In this document: positions 1 to 12,332 of the stretch, one piece after another
How positions within the stretch are numbered: position 1 is the stretch's first letter
How the letters are laid out: each line of letters starts with the position of its first letter
Assembly: GCA_951406725.2 (NCBI GenBank)
Contig: OX597822.1
Span: 100,998,001-101,062,000, forward strand
Direction: 5' to 3'
DNA: 64,000 nucleotides
Source of the DNA: Octopus vulgaris
Taxonomy: Eukaryota
The notes under the pieces: generated by a model
Seen by the model: the letters and a program-made list of their open reading frames with translations, nothing else
Database searches by the model: none
What the model was told of the DNA's origin: nothing
Translations under genes and position numbers: made by a program

Positions 1-17
1 ATATATATGTGTGAATG

Positions 18-57
<40 letters not shown>

Positions 58-239
58 CGTTTGTATATGAGTGAAGGTTAAAACGTATCTGCACTTTTGC
101 CTAAACTTTATTTAATTTGGCTTCACTGCCTTCAGCAATCGCGAGGTTTCGTAACCGAGGTTTGGTCTTCATACTTCTAGTTTTCTCTTTTGTGTTACAG
201 ATTAAACTTGGCTATTGCGCCTGATCGTATGTCCCAAGG

Positions 240-530
240 TAGTAAAACGATCAGAGATCCGATTTCTCTTCTTTGAATGTGTGCCAGGGACGCAAAATTC
301 ATCGCAAGCTTTCAGTATAATGCCCGTAGAGCGTTCTATCGCGTAAAAGTGTGTATCAATGGATCGAGAAGTTTAAAAATGGCCGGACAAGAGTGAAACA
401 CGAAGAGAGAGAGAGAGCAAGATGTCCATCATCCTTTACCACGGACGTAAAGATTCAACACGTTCAAGAAATGGTTCTGACGGACCGATGAGTGACCCTC
501 TATGAGGTGGCATGTTCTCTGCAAATTAAT
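240..530 (+). mobile_element. mariner transposase N-terminal (HTH) remnant
   Basis: Frameshifted translation ...SRKSVYQWIEKFKNGRTRVKHEER...TTDVKIQHVQEMVLTDR*VTLYEVACSLQI resembles the mariner DNA-binding region (W..RFK.G...DR R.T..EIA..L.IS). Confidence 0.75.
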
Positions 531-814
531 GATGAGGTGCATTTCAATATTCGAAGCTCCGATAAAATTGTAAGATTTTACTCAGGCTTTCCACTATGAG
601 TCCATCGCCTTTTATAGTAGAAACAGTTGCAAGCTAATAAAGTTCATGAGATTTTCGTTTGTTCCTTTATCATCTCTTTTCTTATATATGAATACAAATA
701 TTTACATATTTGTATACAGATATGTATATATGTATCTGTATATCTTTAGCTATAAATACACGCTCATATATGTATGTATTTCAGTTCTATGTTTAAGAGA
801 TGAGGAATTATGTA

Positions 815-870
815 CATTGTTTACAGTTGACGGATATTTGTCCTCATTCATCCGTCAAATGTAAATAATG
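815..870. repeat. short fold-back hairpin between microsatellites (probable Penelope-type terminal remnant)
   Basis: 815-834 CATTGTTTACAGTTGACGGA pairs with 851-870 TCCGTCAAATGTAAATAATG (2 mismatches). Confidence 0.6.
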
Positions 871-1440
871 CAAATAATGTAGGTATGTATTTGTTAACAG
901 ATTGCATATTATATATATATACATATACATATATATATGCGTATGTATGTATATATCTATCTCTCTTACTTGCACGCGCGCGCACACACACACACACAAA
1001 GAAAAACACGTGAGTAAGTGCGTGAGAAATTCGAAAGTTTTCTTGTTACTATTTCTGTTGGCCTAAGATTAATGGAAAACATTCATATTCAACTTAGATG
1101 GAAAGATGTCAGGTGTCAATTATTTATTGAATAACGGCATATTTTATTTCTCTTTAATCTCTTGAACTATTCCTCATCACTGAAGCAGCATTTCGATATA
1201 TAAGCTGGCGCTTAGCAATTGTTTTTTGAAACGAATGAAGAAATGATTTACGACTCACAAGATTAATTCATTCGTGTGTTAGAGAATTTTATCTGAATAC
1301 TATAAATTCAGAAAACTATACATCAGCCTTCCTCTATCTGTATTTACTCTGTTCTTAAGCACTCCTGCTGTCAGGTAAATTAGATGGCAGGTGCTTTGTG
1401 ATTTCAAAGATACAACAAAACATAACGTGATGTAGTTATA

Positions 1441-1540
1441 GGCGCAGGAGTGGCTGTGTGGTAAGTAGCTTGCTTACTAACCACATGGTTCTGGGTTCAG
1501 TCCCACTGCATGGCAACTTGGGCAAGTGTCTTTTACTATA
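1441..1540 (+). mobile_element. SINE family A (tRNA head + CORE-like domain), 5' fragment
   Basis: GGCGCAGGAGTGGCTGTGTGGTAAG (A box), GGTTCAGTCCC (B box), TTGGGCAAGTGTC; matches the full copies at 5899, 29131, 53483 and 55011. Confidence 0.85.
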
Positions 1541-1801
1541 TTAGCTGTACTCCAAGCAAAACCACACCCTCTCTCTAGTGAAGCTTCGCAATTCATTATT
1601 GTGAGATTTTTAAGCGATGGAGTGAATGGATGGCTGAATAAGTAGCTGATTAGAATACTTTGCAGTATTTAGTCTCATATCTTTACGTTCTGCGTTCAGC
1701 TCCCGCTGGATCTGGCTTTAACTTTCATTTATAAAAATATATACTAAGGCCCATTTAATTTAGACCCCTTAAATTGACTATATCCTTCATGTCACAAATT
1801 A

Positions 1802-3998
1802 CACTGGTTTACAAAAACTTTTTTATTTGCTTTCAAGGCAAGGATGTGAATAGGTGTTTTTTTTTACTAATTTTGATATGGTGAATTCGATTTTGTTATC
1901 AGTTTTGCTCTATCACCTCTAGATTATTTGCTTGCAGATATCTCATTTTAATTATACTGCATATAAATTCAAAATATAGTGTGTTTATTTCATCTGTTAC
2001 AAAGGCAAATTACAGAAAAAATAGCACAGATACAGAACATTGATGGAACTAAATTAATTCGATAATACAATACACACAAATCATAGTACAGCAGACAGTT
2101 AGAAGTGAGTGTTTTGGATGATCTTGTGTACTTTGCTTCTGGGATGTTATGCCAGAGCATGCAACAAAAGTCCCCCTTCATGCTGGGGTTCCACTTGCCT
2201 TGGTAGTTGCTCCGAATCTTAGTAATAACTTGGTGCGACCTTTCTCCATGCTCATCACTCATTGCTCCGAGCTTCGGAGTGAAGAAGTTGAGGTGGGAGT
2301 GGAGAGATGAATTTTGGGTGACATCGGCATCCCATATCTCATAAGATTGTAACAACTTCTCGATACACTCTTGGTAATCTAGTACGCATGTGTTACCAAG
2401 GAAGCCATGGCAGACTGACTTAAATGTTTCCAATGTTCTCAGTTTCTTTAAGGTAAGAAGATCCTCAAAGTCCTTATCCTTCAGCACCTCCCGGGTCTGA
2501 GATTCGATGAAGATGCCCTCCCTGAACTTAGCAGAACTCAGAACTGGGAGCAGAGTGCACAAGTGTTGGAAGGCAACACCATTTTTGTCCATGGCCTTCA
2601 CGAAATGCTTCATTAAAACCAGATTTATATGAAGAGGAGGAAGAAGCACCTTGTTCATGTCCACCAGAATATTTCCTTGGACACTGTGTTCACTAGGCAC
2701 AGAAGTACTGAAAGATCCCCAGTCCTTCTGCTTGTAGTGCTCGAACACAGCCTGTCTGTCCCAGAGACAGAGAAATTATTATACTGTGAAGCCTGCTTGC
2801 ATAGCCATAAGGAGCCCAATGACCTTGAAGTCCCCGCAGAGACTCCACTAGTACTAGTTGTATTTGACAGCTTCCAAAAGGAGCTCCATATTGTCATATG
2901 ACTCCTTCAGTAGACAAAGAGAAAGCTGGGGTATTTATTCCCATTGCGCAGGAGCACAGCCTTCAGACTTCGCTTGGAGGAATCTATGAAAAGGCGCCAG
3001 TCTGAGGGCTTGTGTGGGAAACCAAGGAAGGTAAAGAAACCAGAAACATTTGTGCTGTAACACAACCTGTTTCCCATGTCGAATAATGAAGCAAAGTCCT
3101 AGTTCCCTGTCCTGAAACTGGTGATCCTTACATCTGCCTTGACCAAGTTCTACTGCTTAAGCCGGGATGCCAGGAGCTCTGACTGCTGCTCAGATAGATA
3201 CAAATCACGGGCAAGGTCATTCAGGTCTTCCTGCATGATCCAGTGGGTCTCAGTGTCACTTGCTCCTGAATAAACAGACATTGTCTTCAGAAGAAATCGA
3301 CTTGGCAGAATCTTCCCCCGAAGGCTTTTCGTCATCTGATGAAGGAAGATCTTTATTTGCTGGGGGTATAGAGACATGGAGATTATTTGAGTGAGGGTAA
3401 GATCTCATAGCTGAGGGAAGGTTGGGATATTTCATTTTTTTCTAGAAGTATTGAAATGTGTTATATTTGTTAGACGAAAAATAACAATCATCTGCATGGC
3501 TTCGTGGCTCTCTCCAGACCATCGGGACAGCAATGTCGAAGGCTGCTTTCTTGCCGTTAAACCATGCAGTTAGTCCCTTGTAGCAGGGTTTACAACAGAT
3601 GTGTGGGACCCAGGATTTGTCATGAGCTCCGATTTTACAGTCAAAATAATGAAAGTAAGCAGTTCTCAGGAAGGAAGTAATTGTTTGGCGCTGTGCAACT
3701 GTCATGAAATACCCTCATACATAGCAGAATAAATTTGCCTTGTTGATGCATCCTCGATGTTTTGAAGTGCCTCAAGCCATTGTAGAGATATGTACGAAAT
3801 GTATCACAAAAATCTGGAAAACAAAATACAAACTGATCATATATATGGTTACGTGAATTGTTGCAAAATCATAATAATGTATATCTCAAAGACTAGAGGT
3901 GATGAGTGAAAACTGGTTTTGTACCTGACATAAGAACCTCAAAATTAGGTCAGAACAACAATTTTTATGTTTGCCTCAACTTCTCTGTAAGTCAGCAT
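1802..3998 (-). mobile_element. Chapaev3 (CMC superfamily) DNA transposon, near full length, decayed
   Basis: Terminus CACTGGTTTACAAAAAC at 1802; degenerate opposite end near 3985-3998; sub-terminal inverted blocks TATCACCTCTAG (~1911) and CTAGAGGTGATG (~3893); encloses the transposase pseudogene. Confidence 0.7.
2100..3780 (-). pseudogene. Chapaev3-type transposase pseudogene
   Basis: Collinear motifs broken by stops and frameshifts: FCYV*G, DKSWVPHICCKPC, VPMVWREPRSHADDCYF, DLNDLARDLYLS...LLASRLKQ, DWRLFIDSSKRSLKAVLL, LLPPLHI.L.LMKHFVKAMD, LHSHLNFF...SDEHGER...YQGKW. Confidence 0.85.
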
Positions 3999-4347
3999 TA
4001 TTAATCTTTGTTTCGATGTGAAAAGTTCTATTGCGAGACTATCTGTAGTCAGTTAATTTTTTGTTAGGAAATATATCTACATATCTGCATGTCGTTACTT
4101 GCGTTACAATTGTAAAATATGTGAGTCATTTTGAAGCAAACCCATTATATTAAGCATTAGGAAAGTTAAGAATGAAAGTAAAAAGAAACCTCATAGCTTT
4201 TTACTATAAAGCGGTAGTGCTGCAAATGATGATTTTGTAGACAAGATTTTCATTGAACAAAGCTCTTTTATGGGTTCTCGAGTCCAACGATTCCTAGTGA
4301 GAATTTTAAACTATACAAACTAGATTACATTATATAGTGCTCTCCAA

Positions 4348-4730
4348 GGCGGCGAGCTGGCAGAAACGTCAGTACGCCGAGCAAAATGCTCATCGGTATT
4401 TCGTCTGCCGCTACGTTCTGAGTTCAAATTCCACCGAGGTCGACTTTGCCTTTCGTCCTTTCGGGGTCGATAAACTAAGTACCAGTTACGTACTGGGGTC
4501 GATATAATCGACTTAATCCGTTTGTCTGTCCTTGTTTGTCCTCTCTGTGTTTAGCCCCTTGTGGGTAGTAAAGAAATAGATATTTCTGAGTTCAAATATC
4601 GCCGAGGTCGACTTTACCTTTCACCTTTCGATCGATAAATTAAGTACCAGTAAAATACTGGGGTCAATTTAATCGACTAGCCCCCCCCTTACCGTATATT
4701 TCATGCCTTGTGGCTTTAGTAGAAATGATT
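4348..4730 (+). mobile_element. SINE family B (tRNA head, GTCGACTTTGCCTTTCATCCTTTCGGGGTCGATAAA domain), full copy plus partial tandem copy
   Basis: GGCGGCGAGCTGGCAGAAACG...GAGTTCAAATTCC head; 3' end ...GTAAAGAAATAG at ~4580, followed by a second head-less unit. Confidence 0.85.
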
Positions 4731-5126
4731 ATTTAGTACTCCCCAGACACACAGCAGTTACCAGTGTCTTATCGATAGAATTATTCATAGCCTGGTGAGT
4801 TAGATTGTCAAAATTTAGATATCGATGACATACACCGGAGGTTCTCAAACAGAAAAAAAATTAGTGTTTCGAAATGGCGGAAACTGGAATCAACATTCAC
4901 TATAGTCTGATATTCTGTAGATTATGTATAATCTGTAGAATTGAAATTTATCTTTAATTTAATATGTCATATTCAACAATGTTTATTGAATGTCAGAGAA
5001 AAAAATGAAAAATGTTAAAGTACTTTATCTGTGGAAATATTCCATTTATAGCTGAATTTAACTTATTCTTGTTTCATATTCATAAGATTTTAAACCCATC
5101 CTGAATGTCAAAAAGTAGGTCGGTGA

Positions 5127-5161
<35 letters not shown>

Positions 5162-5162
<1 letters not shown>

Positions 5163-5335
5163 CAACTTATAAATAAGGGCAAACGAAAAAAATTCTAATG
5201 ACAAATATGCCGAAATTTGACATATTGTCCATAACCATATAATTTATATGGTTATTATATGGTTATGGACAATATGTCCAATTTCGGCGTATTGGGCATT
5301 AGAAATCTTTTCGTTTGTCCTTATTTATAAGTTGT
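5162..5335. repeat. fold-back hairpin (~80 bp arms) between (TACA)n and (TA)n
   Basis: ACAACTTATAAATAAGGGCAAACGAAAA...CATAACCATATAA is inverted at TTATATGGTTATG...TTTTCGTTTGTCCTTATTTATAAGTTGT. Confidence 0.85.
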
Positions 5336-5415
5336 TTATAAATTTAACCTTTAAAGGTATTTTTTTAATATGCTGGCCATTGATAAAATTTGTTTTCGAA
5401 AAAACGTTATCCTAC

Positions 5416-5491
<76 letters not shown>

Positions 5492-5524
5492 TGCTTATGT
5501 GTGGGTGTATAAATCAAAATAAAC

Positions 5525-5628
5525 AGTATTATAGATCCATTACAGCCGATCTTACTAATCGCGCAGGATATTAGATAATCCTGTGTGAAATCGATTGGTA
5601 AAATCGGCTGTAATGGGTTTATAATACT
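5525..5628. repeat. fold-back hairpin containing the 3' half of a hammerhead-like motif
   Basis: Arms 5525-5561 and 5592-5628; inner CAGGAT/ATCCTG stem, then GAAA (5587-5590) and palindromic ATCGAT. Confidence 0.65.
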
Positions 5629-5898
5629 TTGTACTTTAATTAATATAATCACTCTATGCGTATTTTTTTCTAACTTATAGTTCCTTAGATCTCTCCTCCT
5701 CTTTCTTTCTTTCTTTCTCTTCCTTCTCTCCATACATATTTTTTTTTATCTAATATGGATCGTATGTGTTATCATCTAAAGCGAATAAATGAGTTAATGT
5801 ATTATTTAGAGCAAAGATTTGTCAAATGATTCTATAAAAAAACAGCTGAATCTATATTTGTTGAAGATTCATTCACAACACCAAGGAAAGACTTTTTG

Positions 5899-6132
5899 CT
5901 CTTTACTCTTTCACTTGTTTCAGTCATTTGACTGTGGCCATGCTGGAGCACCGCCTTTAGTCGAGCAAATCGACCCCGGGACTTATTCTTTGTAAGCCCA
6001 GTACTTATTCTATCGGTCTCTATTGCCGAACCGCTAAGTGACGGGGACGTAAACACACCAGCATCGGTTGTCAAGCGATGCTGGGGGACAAATACAGACG
6101 CACAAATATATACACGCACATACATACATACA

Positions 6133-6230
<98 letters not shown>

Positions 6231-6396
6231 TACGACGGGCTTCTTTCAGTTTCCGTCTACCAAATCCACTCACAAGGCTTTGGTCGGCCCGAGGCTATAG
6301 TAGAAGACACTTGCCCAAGGTGCCACGCAGTGGGACTGAACCCGGAACCATGTGGTTCGTAAGCAAGCTACCTACCACACAGCCATTCCTACGCCT
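5899..6396 (-). mobile_element. SINE family A, full length, with internal (TA)n/(TACA)n
   Basis: Reverse complement gives the tRNA-like head, CCTTGGGCAAGTGTC, an internal microsatellite and the tail GGCGGTGCTCCAGCATGGCCACAGTCAAATGACTGAAAC. Confidence 0.9.
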
Positions 6397-6823
6397 TAGA
6401 AAGAGATAAACCTTTTTGATCATCAAAAAATGATGCTGGTTTCAAAAATTATGCTGGTTTCGAAATGAGGTATTTAATGAATGTAGAATTTGTTTAAGAA
6501 AGAAGAGATTCAACAAGCTGAATAAGAGGAAATCTCTAAGTGAAATTCGAACACGAAGTCAGGAAAAATATGAAACCAAAGAGGTGTTGTTGTACAAATG
6601 AGTTTTTTGCAAAATTGTTTAAAATCTCTTTGAGGCTTGTTAGAGATTATCTTATTTATCTCGCATAATCTTATTTTGCGTTACGAAATATGCGCTTATG
6701 AAATAAGTGATTTTGCTTACTGTATCTTTATATAATAACCGATATAAATATTGGCTGGTTGGTTGGTTATTTGATTTCTCTGGACTCGCTTCATATCGTA
6801 TACGATATGAAGAGTGATACGAG

Positions 6824-6870
<47 letters not shown>

Positions 6871-6970
6871 GAGAGAGAGCTAACATAAGAGATACAGGTA
6901 ATGGGCAACAGAATGCTATACACATTTAGCGAGAGAGAAACAGTCACAGAGACAGAGGATGGAGAGAAGA

Positions 6971-7085
6971 GGGAGTAAATTACTTATGAGGGAGTAAATT
7001 ACTAATGAGTAATTATAATACTAATGAGTAATTATATTACTAATGAGTAATTATATTACTAATGAGTAATTATAAGGACTTATGA
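6971..7085. repeat. minisatellite, ~19 bp unit TACTAATGAGTAATTATAT
   Basis: About 5 tandem imperfect units visible. Confidence 0.8.
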
Positions 7086-7173
7086 GAAGAATTACATGAA
7101 TGAGAATTTTGCTTTTTATTTAAATCATTTTAAGGTAATATTTTTGTTTTGAAAACTAGTATTTATTTCATCA

Positions 7174-7555
7174 TCTCTCTCTATATAAACGGCAGTTTGT
7201 CTGTGCGTGTTTCTGTGTGTCTGTTTGCTTGTACCCTCACCCTGACCACGGCTTTCAACCGATTCTGATGAAACTTAACACACACATAGCCCAATGTCAT
7301 AATTCAAAACTAACGCAGCCAAAATTTTGAAAAGTTCCCCCAGTTCTGAAAAAAATCGATAAATTCCACATGGGGTCGAGAATCCGAAACACAAACCACA
7401 GACTGTCTAGGGGACGCAACTCCACCTTTTTAACTAAAAAAAAATTTATCCATCATTTTTTTCCATTTTTTTGCTATTTTTTGGCTATAACTCTCTAAAA
7501 ATGCTTTATAGTTATTTCCCTTACAAACCTGAGCAACGCCGGGCGATACTGCTAG
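7174..7555 (+). mobile_element. non-autonomous Helitron (family H1)
   Basis: A|TC...CTAG|T insertion with no TSD; sub-terminal GC hairpin CCTGAGCAACGCCGGG about 10 nt before CTAG. Confidence 0.85.
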
Positions 7556-9210
7556 TCTTGTATAAGCACCAAATAGTTTGGTAAAAGTTAAATTACGATT
7601 ATTGTATGCATGCCATATTCCCTACGGTGACAAAGCACTCTTCGAAAATTATCCTCCATATGATTGGTAATTCTATACTTAATACATAAAACTGAAGTAT
7701 TTATTTAGATAATTATCGTATCTTAAACATTTAAAATTTCTAACCAGGTAGATAATAATAAGCAAGCATCACTTCGTAGTACACAAAAAAAAAAAAAACA
7801 CAAAAAAACTTTCGAACTTTTCACGGCATCTTTTGCTGCAGTTTTTCATAAAAAGATAGTAAAATGTAATGAATCATTGTTAATTCTGTATTTTATCAAT
7901 TTACCAATCAGAACCATTTCAAATATTTATTGAAACGTCTTTATCAGTGTGTACAACTTCACAGATTTGTACTTTTAGCATTTTACTGTGAACTATATAT
8001 TCTATTATACAGATGAGGGGAGTTTTGATATCTGAATTAATATCAAGATAAATCCATTTTGTGTAAAAGTTTATTCGTTCGAATGATCTATTTTGAATTA
8101 ATTTCAGAACTATTATATCACTGACAATGCATGTTTAATAAAACGTAAACAGTGGAAAATAGAGATCTGAAGAGATGTCTGCAGTGGAACAAGGGGCAAG
8201 TCTTAGCGTACTGAAGCCACTGTGTGGTTTCAATAGACATTAATGATCATAGGAAAAATATTGAACTGCACATTTTCTATTACATCTCATACATATATGT
8301 GTATGTATTGTGTACACACACACATATACTCGCTCAGAGAAAAAGAAGCAAGAAATTATATTCTTTAAAGTGCACGTAGACATCTGTATAGAAATATTTT
8401 AAAACTTTACAATGGAATATAGAGAACTTAATAAGAGCCATAGCTAACCTAAGGGTTGAATAATCTAGTACATATACTGCCGTTAGAAACGTCTTGAATT
8501 CTGGCCAAAATACAACTCCCTCTGGTCAGGTTAAAGTTAATAGAAACCATGATACAGTAAAGTGTATGTTTAAAGAAAGCATAAACCACGTATAAGTAGA
8601 GTGATTTGTTTGCTCACAGTTAAGAAGGAAAATTAGCTTCTGTTTTTTGAGAAAGTATATGATAGACTAGTGTATTATCAAAGGAAATATCTAATAACAG
8701 TTTCATATCTTGAAAACTTGCAGTAACGTCAACACACCAAAATGATTTCTGGTTTTTGACACTGAATAAATAAAGTGGGAACAATAGAATTTAATAGTTT
8801 GTAAGATTTTATGTATTTTTACAAAAATTTGGAAGGCATCCTACAATTGAAAAGTCATAAAATAAACAGATGCTTTCAGTTTTCTAAAAATTGTTTCTTG
8901 AACATGTTTTAGTATTAATTTCTGCAAGTGAAACAAATATATTCTAAATATTCTTTGATATTTTACAGCAACATTTTTCGCACATATAAATATACTCAGT
9001 AGAAAAATAACATCTCAAAGCTTTTTATTATTCATTTATGGAAGAACATAATAAAGAATTATAGAATTATACAACTGTTTTATCACTGACAATGTTACAC
9101 TCGTGATAATTCGGTAACACAAAAGTAAAAACATACAGAATTACTTTGCTAGAAATAAAAAGTAAAAACACTGCCATTTGTTACCTGAAATATTTAAATA
9201 TTTGTTATGT

Positions 9211-9599
9211 GGATGGAAGCACTCCGTCGGTTACGACGACGAGGGTTCCGGTTGATCCGAATCAACGGAACAGCCTGCTCGTGAAATTAACGTGTAAGTG
9301 GCTGAGCACTACCACAGACACGTGTACCCTTAACGTAGTTCTCGGGGATATTCAGCATGACACAGAGAGTGACAAGGCCGGCCCTTTGAAATACAGGTAC
9401 AACAGAAACAGGAAGTAAGAGTGAGAGAAAGTTGTGGTGAAAGAGTACAGCAGAGATCACCACCATCCGCTGCCGGAGCCTCGTGGAGCTTTAGGTGTTT
9501 TCGCTCAATAAACACTCACAACACCCGGTCTGGGAATCGAAACCGCGATCCTATGACCGCGAGTCCGCTGCCCTAACCACTGGGCCATTGCGCCTCCAC
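9211..9599 (-). mobile_element. SINE family C (tRNA-derived), full length, 11 bp TSD
   Basis: Head GTGGAGGCGCAATGGCCCAGTGGTTAGGGCAGCGGACTCGCGG...GGTTTCGATTCCC; TSD ATTTGTTATGT at 9200-9210 and 9600-9610; near-identical to 30655-31040. Confidence 0.92.
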
Positions 9600-9789
9600 A
9601 TTTGTTATGTACATAACAACACAATCTTCAAAATGAAAGAAGCTTCTCTGTATCAACTAATCTTGTCCTATGAGACTTAGTGTCTTCTTGAAGACAAATA
9701 TTTAATTCTTATATCGGCACAAGGCCGTTTGTAGAAAAAGTGTTACATCTCTGAATCAACCTTTCTTGTATTATCTCTTTTTAATAGGA

Positions 9790-10568
9790 GCCGGTTTGAA
9801 TATTGGTTTCAAACTTTTGCCACAAGGTCAAGAGTTTCGGGGGAAGGATGAAAGGCAAAATCTGGGGAAGGATGAAAGGCAAAATCGAGCTCGGCGGAAT
9901 TTGAACTTGGATCGTGGAAATGGACGAAATGCCATAAAGCATTATGCCCGGCGTGTTAACAATTCTTATTTCATTATTGCCCAAAAGGGGCTAAACATAG
10001 AGGGGACAAACAAGGACAGACAAACGGATTAAAGTCGATTATATTGATCCCAGTGCGTAACTGGTACTTATTTAATCGACTCCGAAAGGATGAAAGGCAA
10101 AGTCGACCTCGGCGGAATTTGAACTCAGAACGTAACGGCAGACTAAATACCTATTTCTATTTCTTTCTACCCACAAGGGGCTAAACACAGAGAGGACAAA
10201 CAAGGACATACAAACGGATTAAGTCAATTATATCGACTCCAATGCGTAACTAGTACTTAATTTATCGACCCCGAAAGGATGAAAGGCAAAGTCGACCTCG
10301 GCGGAATTTGAACTCAGAACGTAACGGCAGACTAAATACGGCTAAGCATTTCGCCCGGCATGCTAACGTTTCTTATTTCTTTATTGCCCACAAGGGGCTA
10401 AACATAGAGAGGACAAACAAGAACAGACAAACGGATTAAGTCGATTACATCGACTCCAGTGCATAACTGGTACTTAATTTATCGACCCCGAAAGGTAAAG
10501 TCGACTTCGGCGGAATTTGAACTCTGAACGTAACGGCAGACGAGATCCGTCTACCAGCTCGCCACCTT
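9790..10568 (-). mobile_element. tandem array of SINE family B units (about 4)
   Basis: Repeated AAGGGGCTAAACA..GAGG.ACAAACAAGGACA...GGCAAAGTCGACCTCGGCGGAATTTGAACTC blocks; head CCAGCTCGCCACCTT at ~10555-10568. Confidence 0.9.
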
Positions 10569-10714
10569 AGAGCCAACATAAATACTGGTTGTTTTCTCTA
10601 GTTACTCTTTACATGAAAGAGAGAGAGAGCGAGAGAGAGAGAGAGAGAGAGGGCGAGAGAGAGAGAGAAGGGGCGAGAGAGAGAGAGACAGACAGACAAA
10701 GTAAACAAGAGAGG

Positions 10715-10747
<33 letters not shown>

Positions 10748-11266
10748 TAAAAGAAAGATACAGAGAAAGTTATAATAAGAGGTGTAGGATGCTTGGTGGC
10801 AGGTAACGAGTAAAAGAACACTATAGGCACACACAAAGTGAAAGAGAATCATAGACAGAAGAGGAGGAAGATGAAAAGGTAGGAGAAGGAGTAAGTGGCA
10901 GAGTATTTATGGCTGGAGTCAGAGAAAATACATCAGCAATTAGCATACTCACGATCGAATCTTCGGAACGTATTAAGAATGAATATATGCGACTTTGTTT
11001 CGTTTTTCTTTTCAATTCTATTTGAAGGTAGAAGATAGTTTCCATTTGAAAATTATTATTCATTTCACCATTTTGCATAAATACCAAGAAATTTGAGATA
11101 AAATTTAAATTATAGTTATTGTACGTATTCAATATTTCCTGAGATGAATATGGTGGCAAAAATATGCTACCAAAGTTACCTGTCATATGATGGGTAACAC
11201 TGTAGCATAACTATAAGTTACTTTTTCACATTATATGACTTAATGTTAAATAGTACAAAAGACATG

Positions 11267-11707
11267 GTATCTTTTCGGTTTGAACGGCAGTTTTTTAAAA
11301 TAATTTCCACGTAACTAAACACTTTTAAACTTCGTATACTGGTAGAATGTATTTATAAAACGTCTTTTTCTCTTAGCTTTATTGAGAAAATTCTATAGTT
11401 TGTAAGATATTTGTTGCTTTTTTCTTCAATTTCTGCAATTTCAACCAATCAATGACGTCTACTGAGGTAAAAAACATTCTGTGCCGTATGAATATGTCCT
11501 TCGTTTAAGAAACAGATTAAGTTTATTTACATTTGTGAAGAAAAAAGATACCCTCCCCCCACCCCTAACCCTAACCCTAACTAACCCTAACTAACCCTAA
11601 CCCTAAAACAGATTGAAATGCAATAGATCGATACTAGGGTCATAATTATGGGTGACAATTTCATATGACACCGCTAGAAAAAACTGCCGTTCAAACCGAA
11701 AAGATCC
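11267..11707 (+). mobile_element. TIR element (MITE) with internal telomeric (CCCTAA)n, copy 1, 11 bp TSD
   Basis: TIR G(G/T)ATCTTTTCGGTTTGAACGGCAGTTTTTT / AAAAAACTGCCGTTCAAACCGAAAAGATCC; CCCTAA repeats at ~11562-11606; flanks CAAAAGACATG at 11256-11266 and 11708-11718. Confidence 0.9.
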
Positions 11708-11885
11708 CAAAAGACATGTATCAGAGAGCTGCACGTTGACAAGATTTATATTATTTAATTGTAATATAGTTAATTAATCATAATAATATGAATAATGAAT
11801 TTGCAAAAACATTTCTAGATTTTGAGTTGAAAGCAATTTGAAGTCAAGAATTTGAAATATTGAGATCAAACTGGGATCAATAGAA

Positions 11886-12059
11886 TATGCTCTTCTATTA
11901 GTGTTTAAAAGATAAAACAAAATATGAAACATAAAAAAGCAGGTCACACAAATATTACGAGAAAACAAGATAACATCACATCATTATAAGGTGTCGGATT
12001 GTCGTTTACAAACGCAAAGTAATAAATAGTTTTGTCTCGGTAAAGAGGAAGTATTACCA
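11886..12059 (+). repeat. left arm of a ~175 bp inverted duplication (partner 14191-14368)
   Basis: TATGCTCTTCT...GAGGAAGTATTACCA is the reverse complement of 14191-14368, with few differences. Confidence 0.9.
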
Positions 12060-12142
12060 GCAATGTATCAGTAGAAATAAATAGTTTGGTTTTATATCAA
12101 AAGAGTTGGTTTTCTATCAAATTGTCTCACTTTGAGTCCTCT

Positions 12143-12290
12143 TTTCTTTATTAGCCACCAGGGCCCAAAATAGAGGGGGACGAAAGAGGACAGACCGGAC
12201 ACCACAGAGGGGACAATACATAAAACGAATATGAACGAGATGATTATATAACAATGAGGTTATGAATGGCTGCATGCGCCTCTCATCACA
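12143..12290 (-). mobile_element. probable LINE 3' end fragment
   Basis: Reverse complement ends ...GTCCCCCTCTATTTTGGGCCCTGGTGGCTAATAAAGAAAA, similar to the SINE-B tail and the 63140-63190 tail. Confidence 0.4.
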
Positions 12291-12332
12291 TGCAGTACCA
12301 TTAATTTTTTTACAGTCCATTTTTATCATGTA

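Noticed and set aside
6971-7085. Short direct repeats as a CRISPR array (also 44518-44560 and 62970-63080)
   Set aside because: No unique spacers, no cas genes and a eukaryotic context; these are simple tandem repeats.
11562-11606. (CCCTAA)n as a true telomere or chromosome fusion scar
   Set aside because: The tract is short and lies at the same internal position in three copies of a TIR element.
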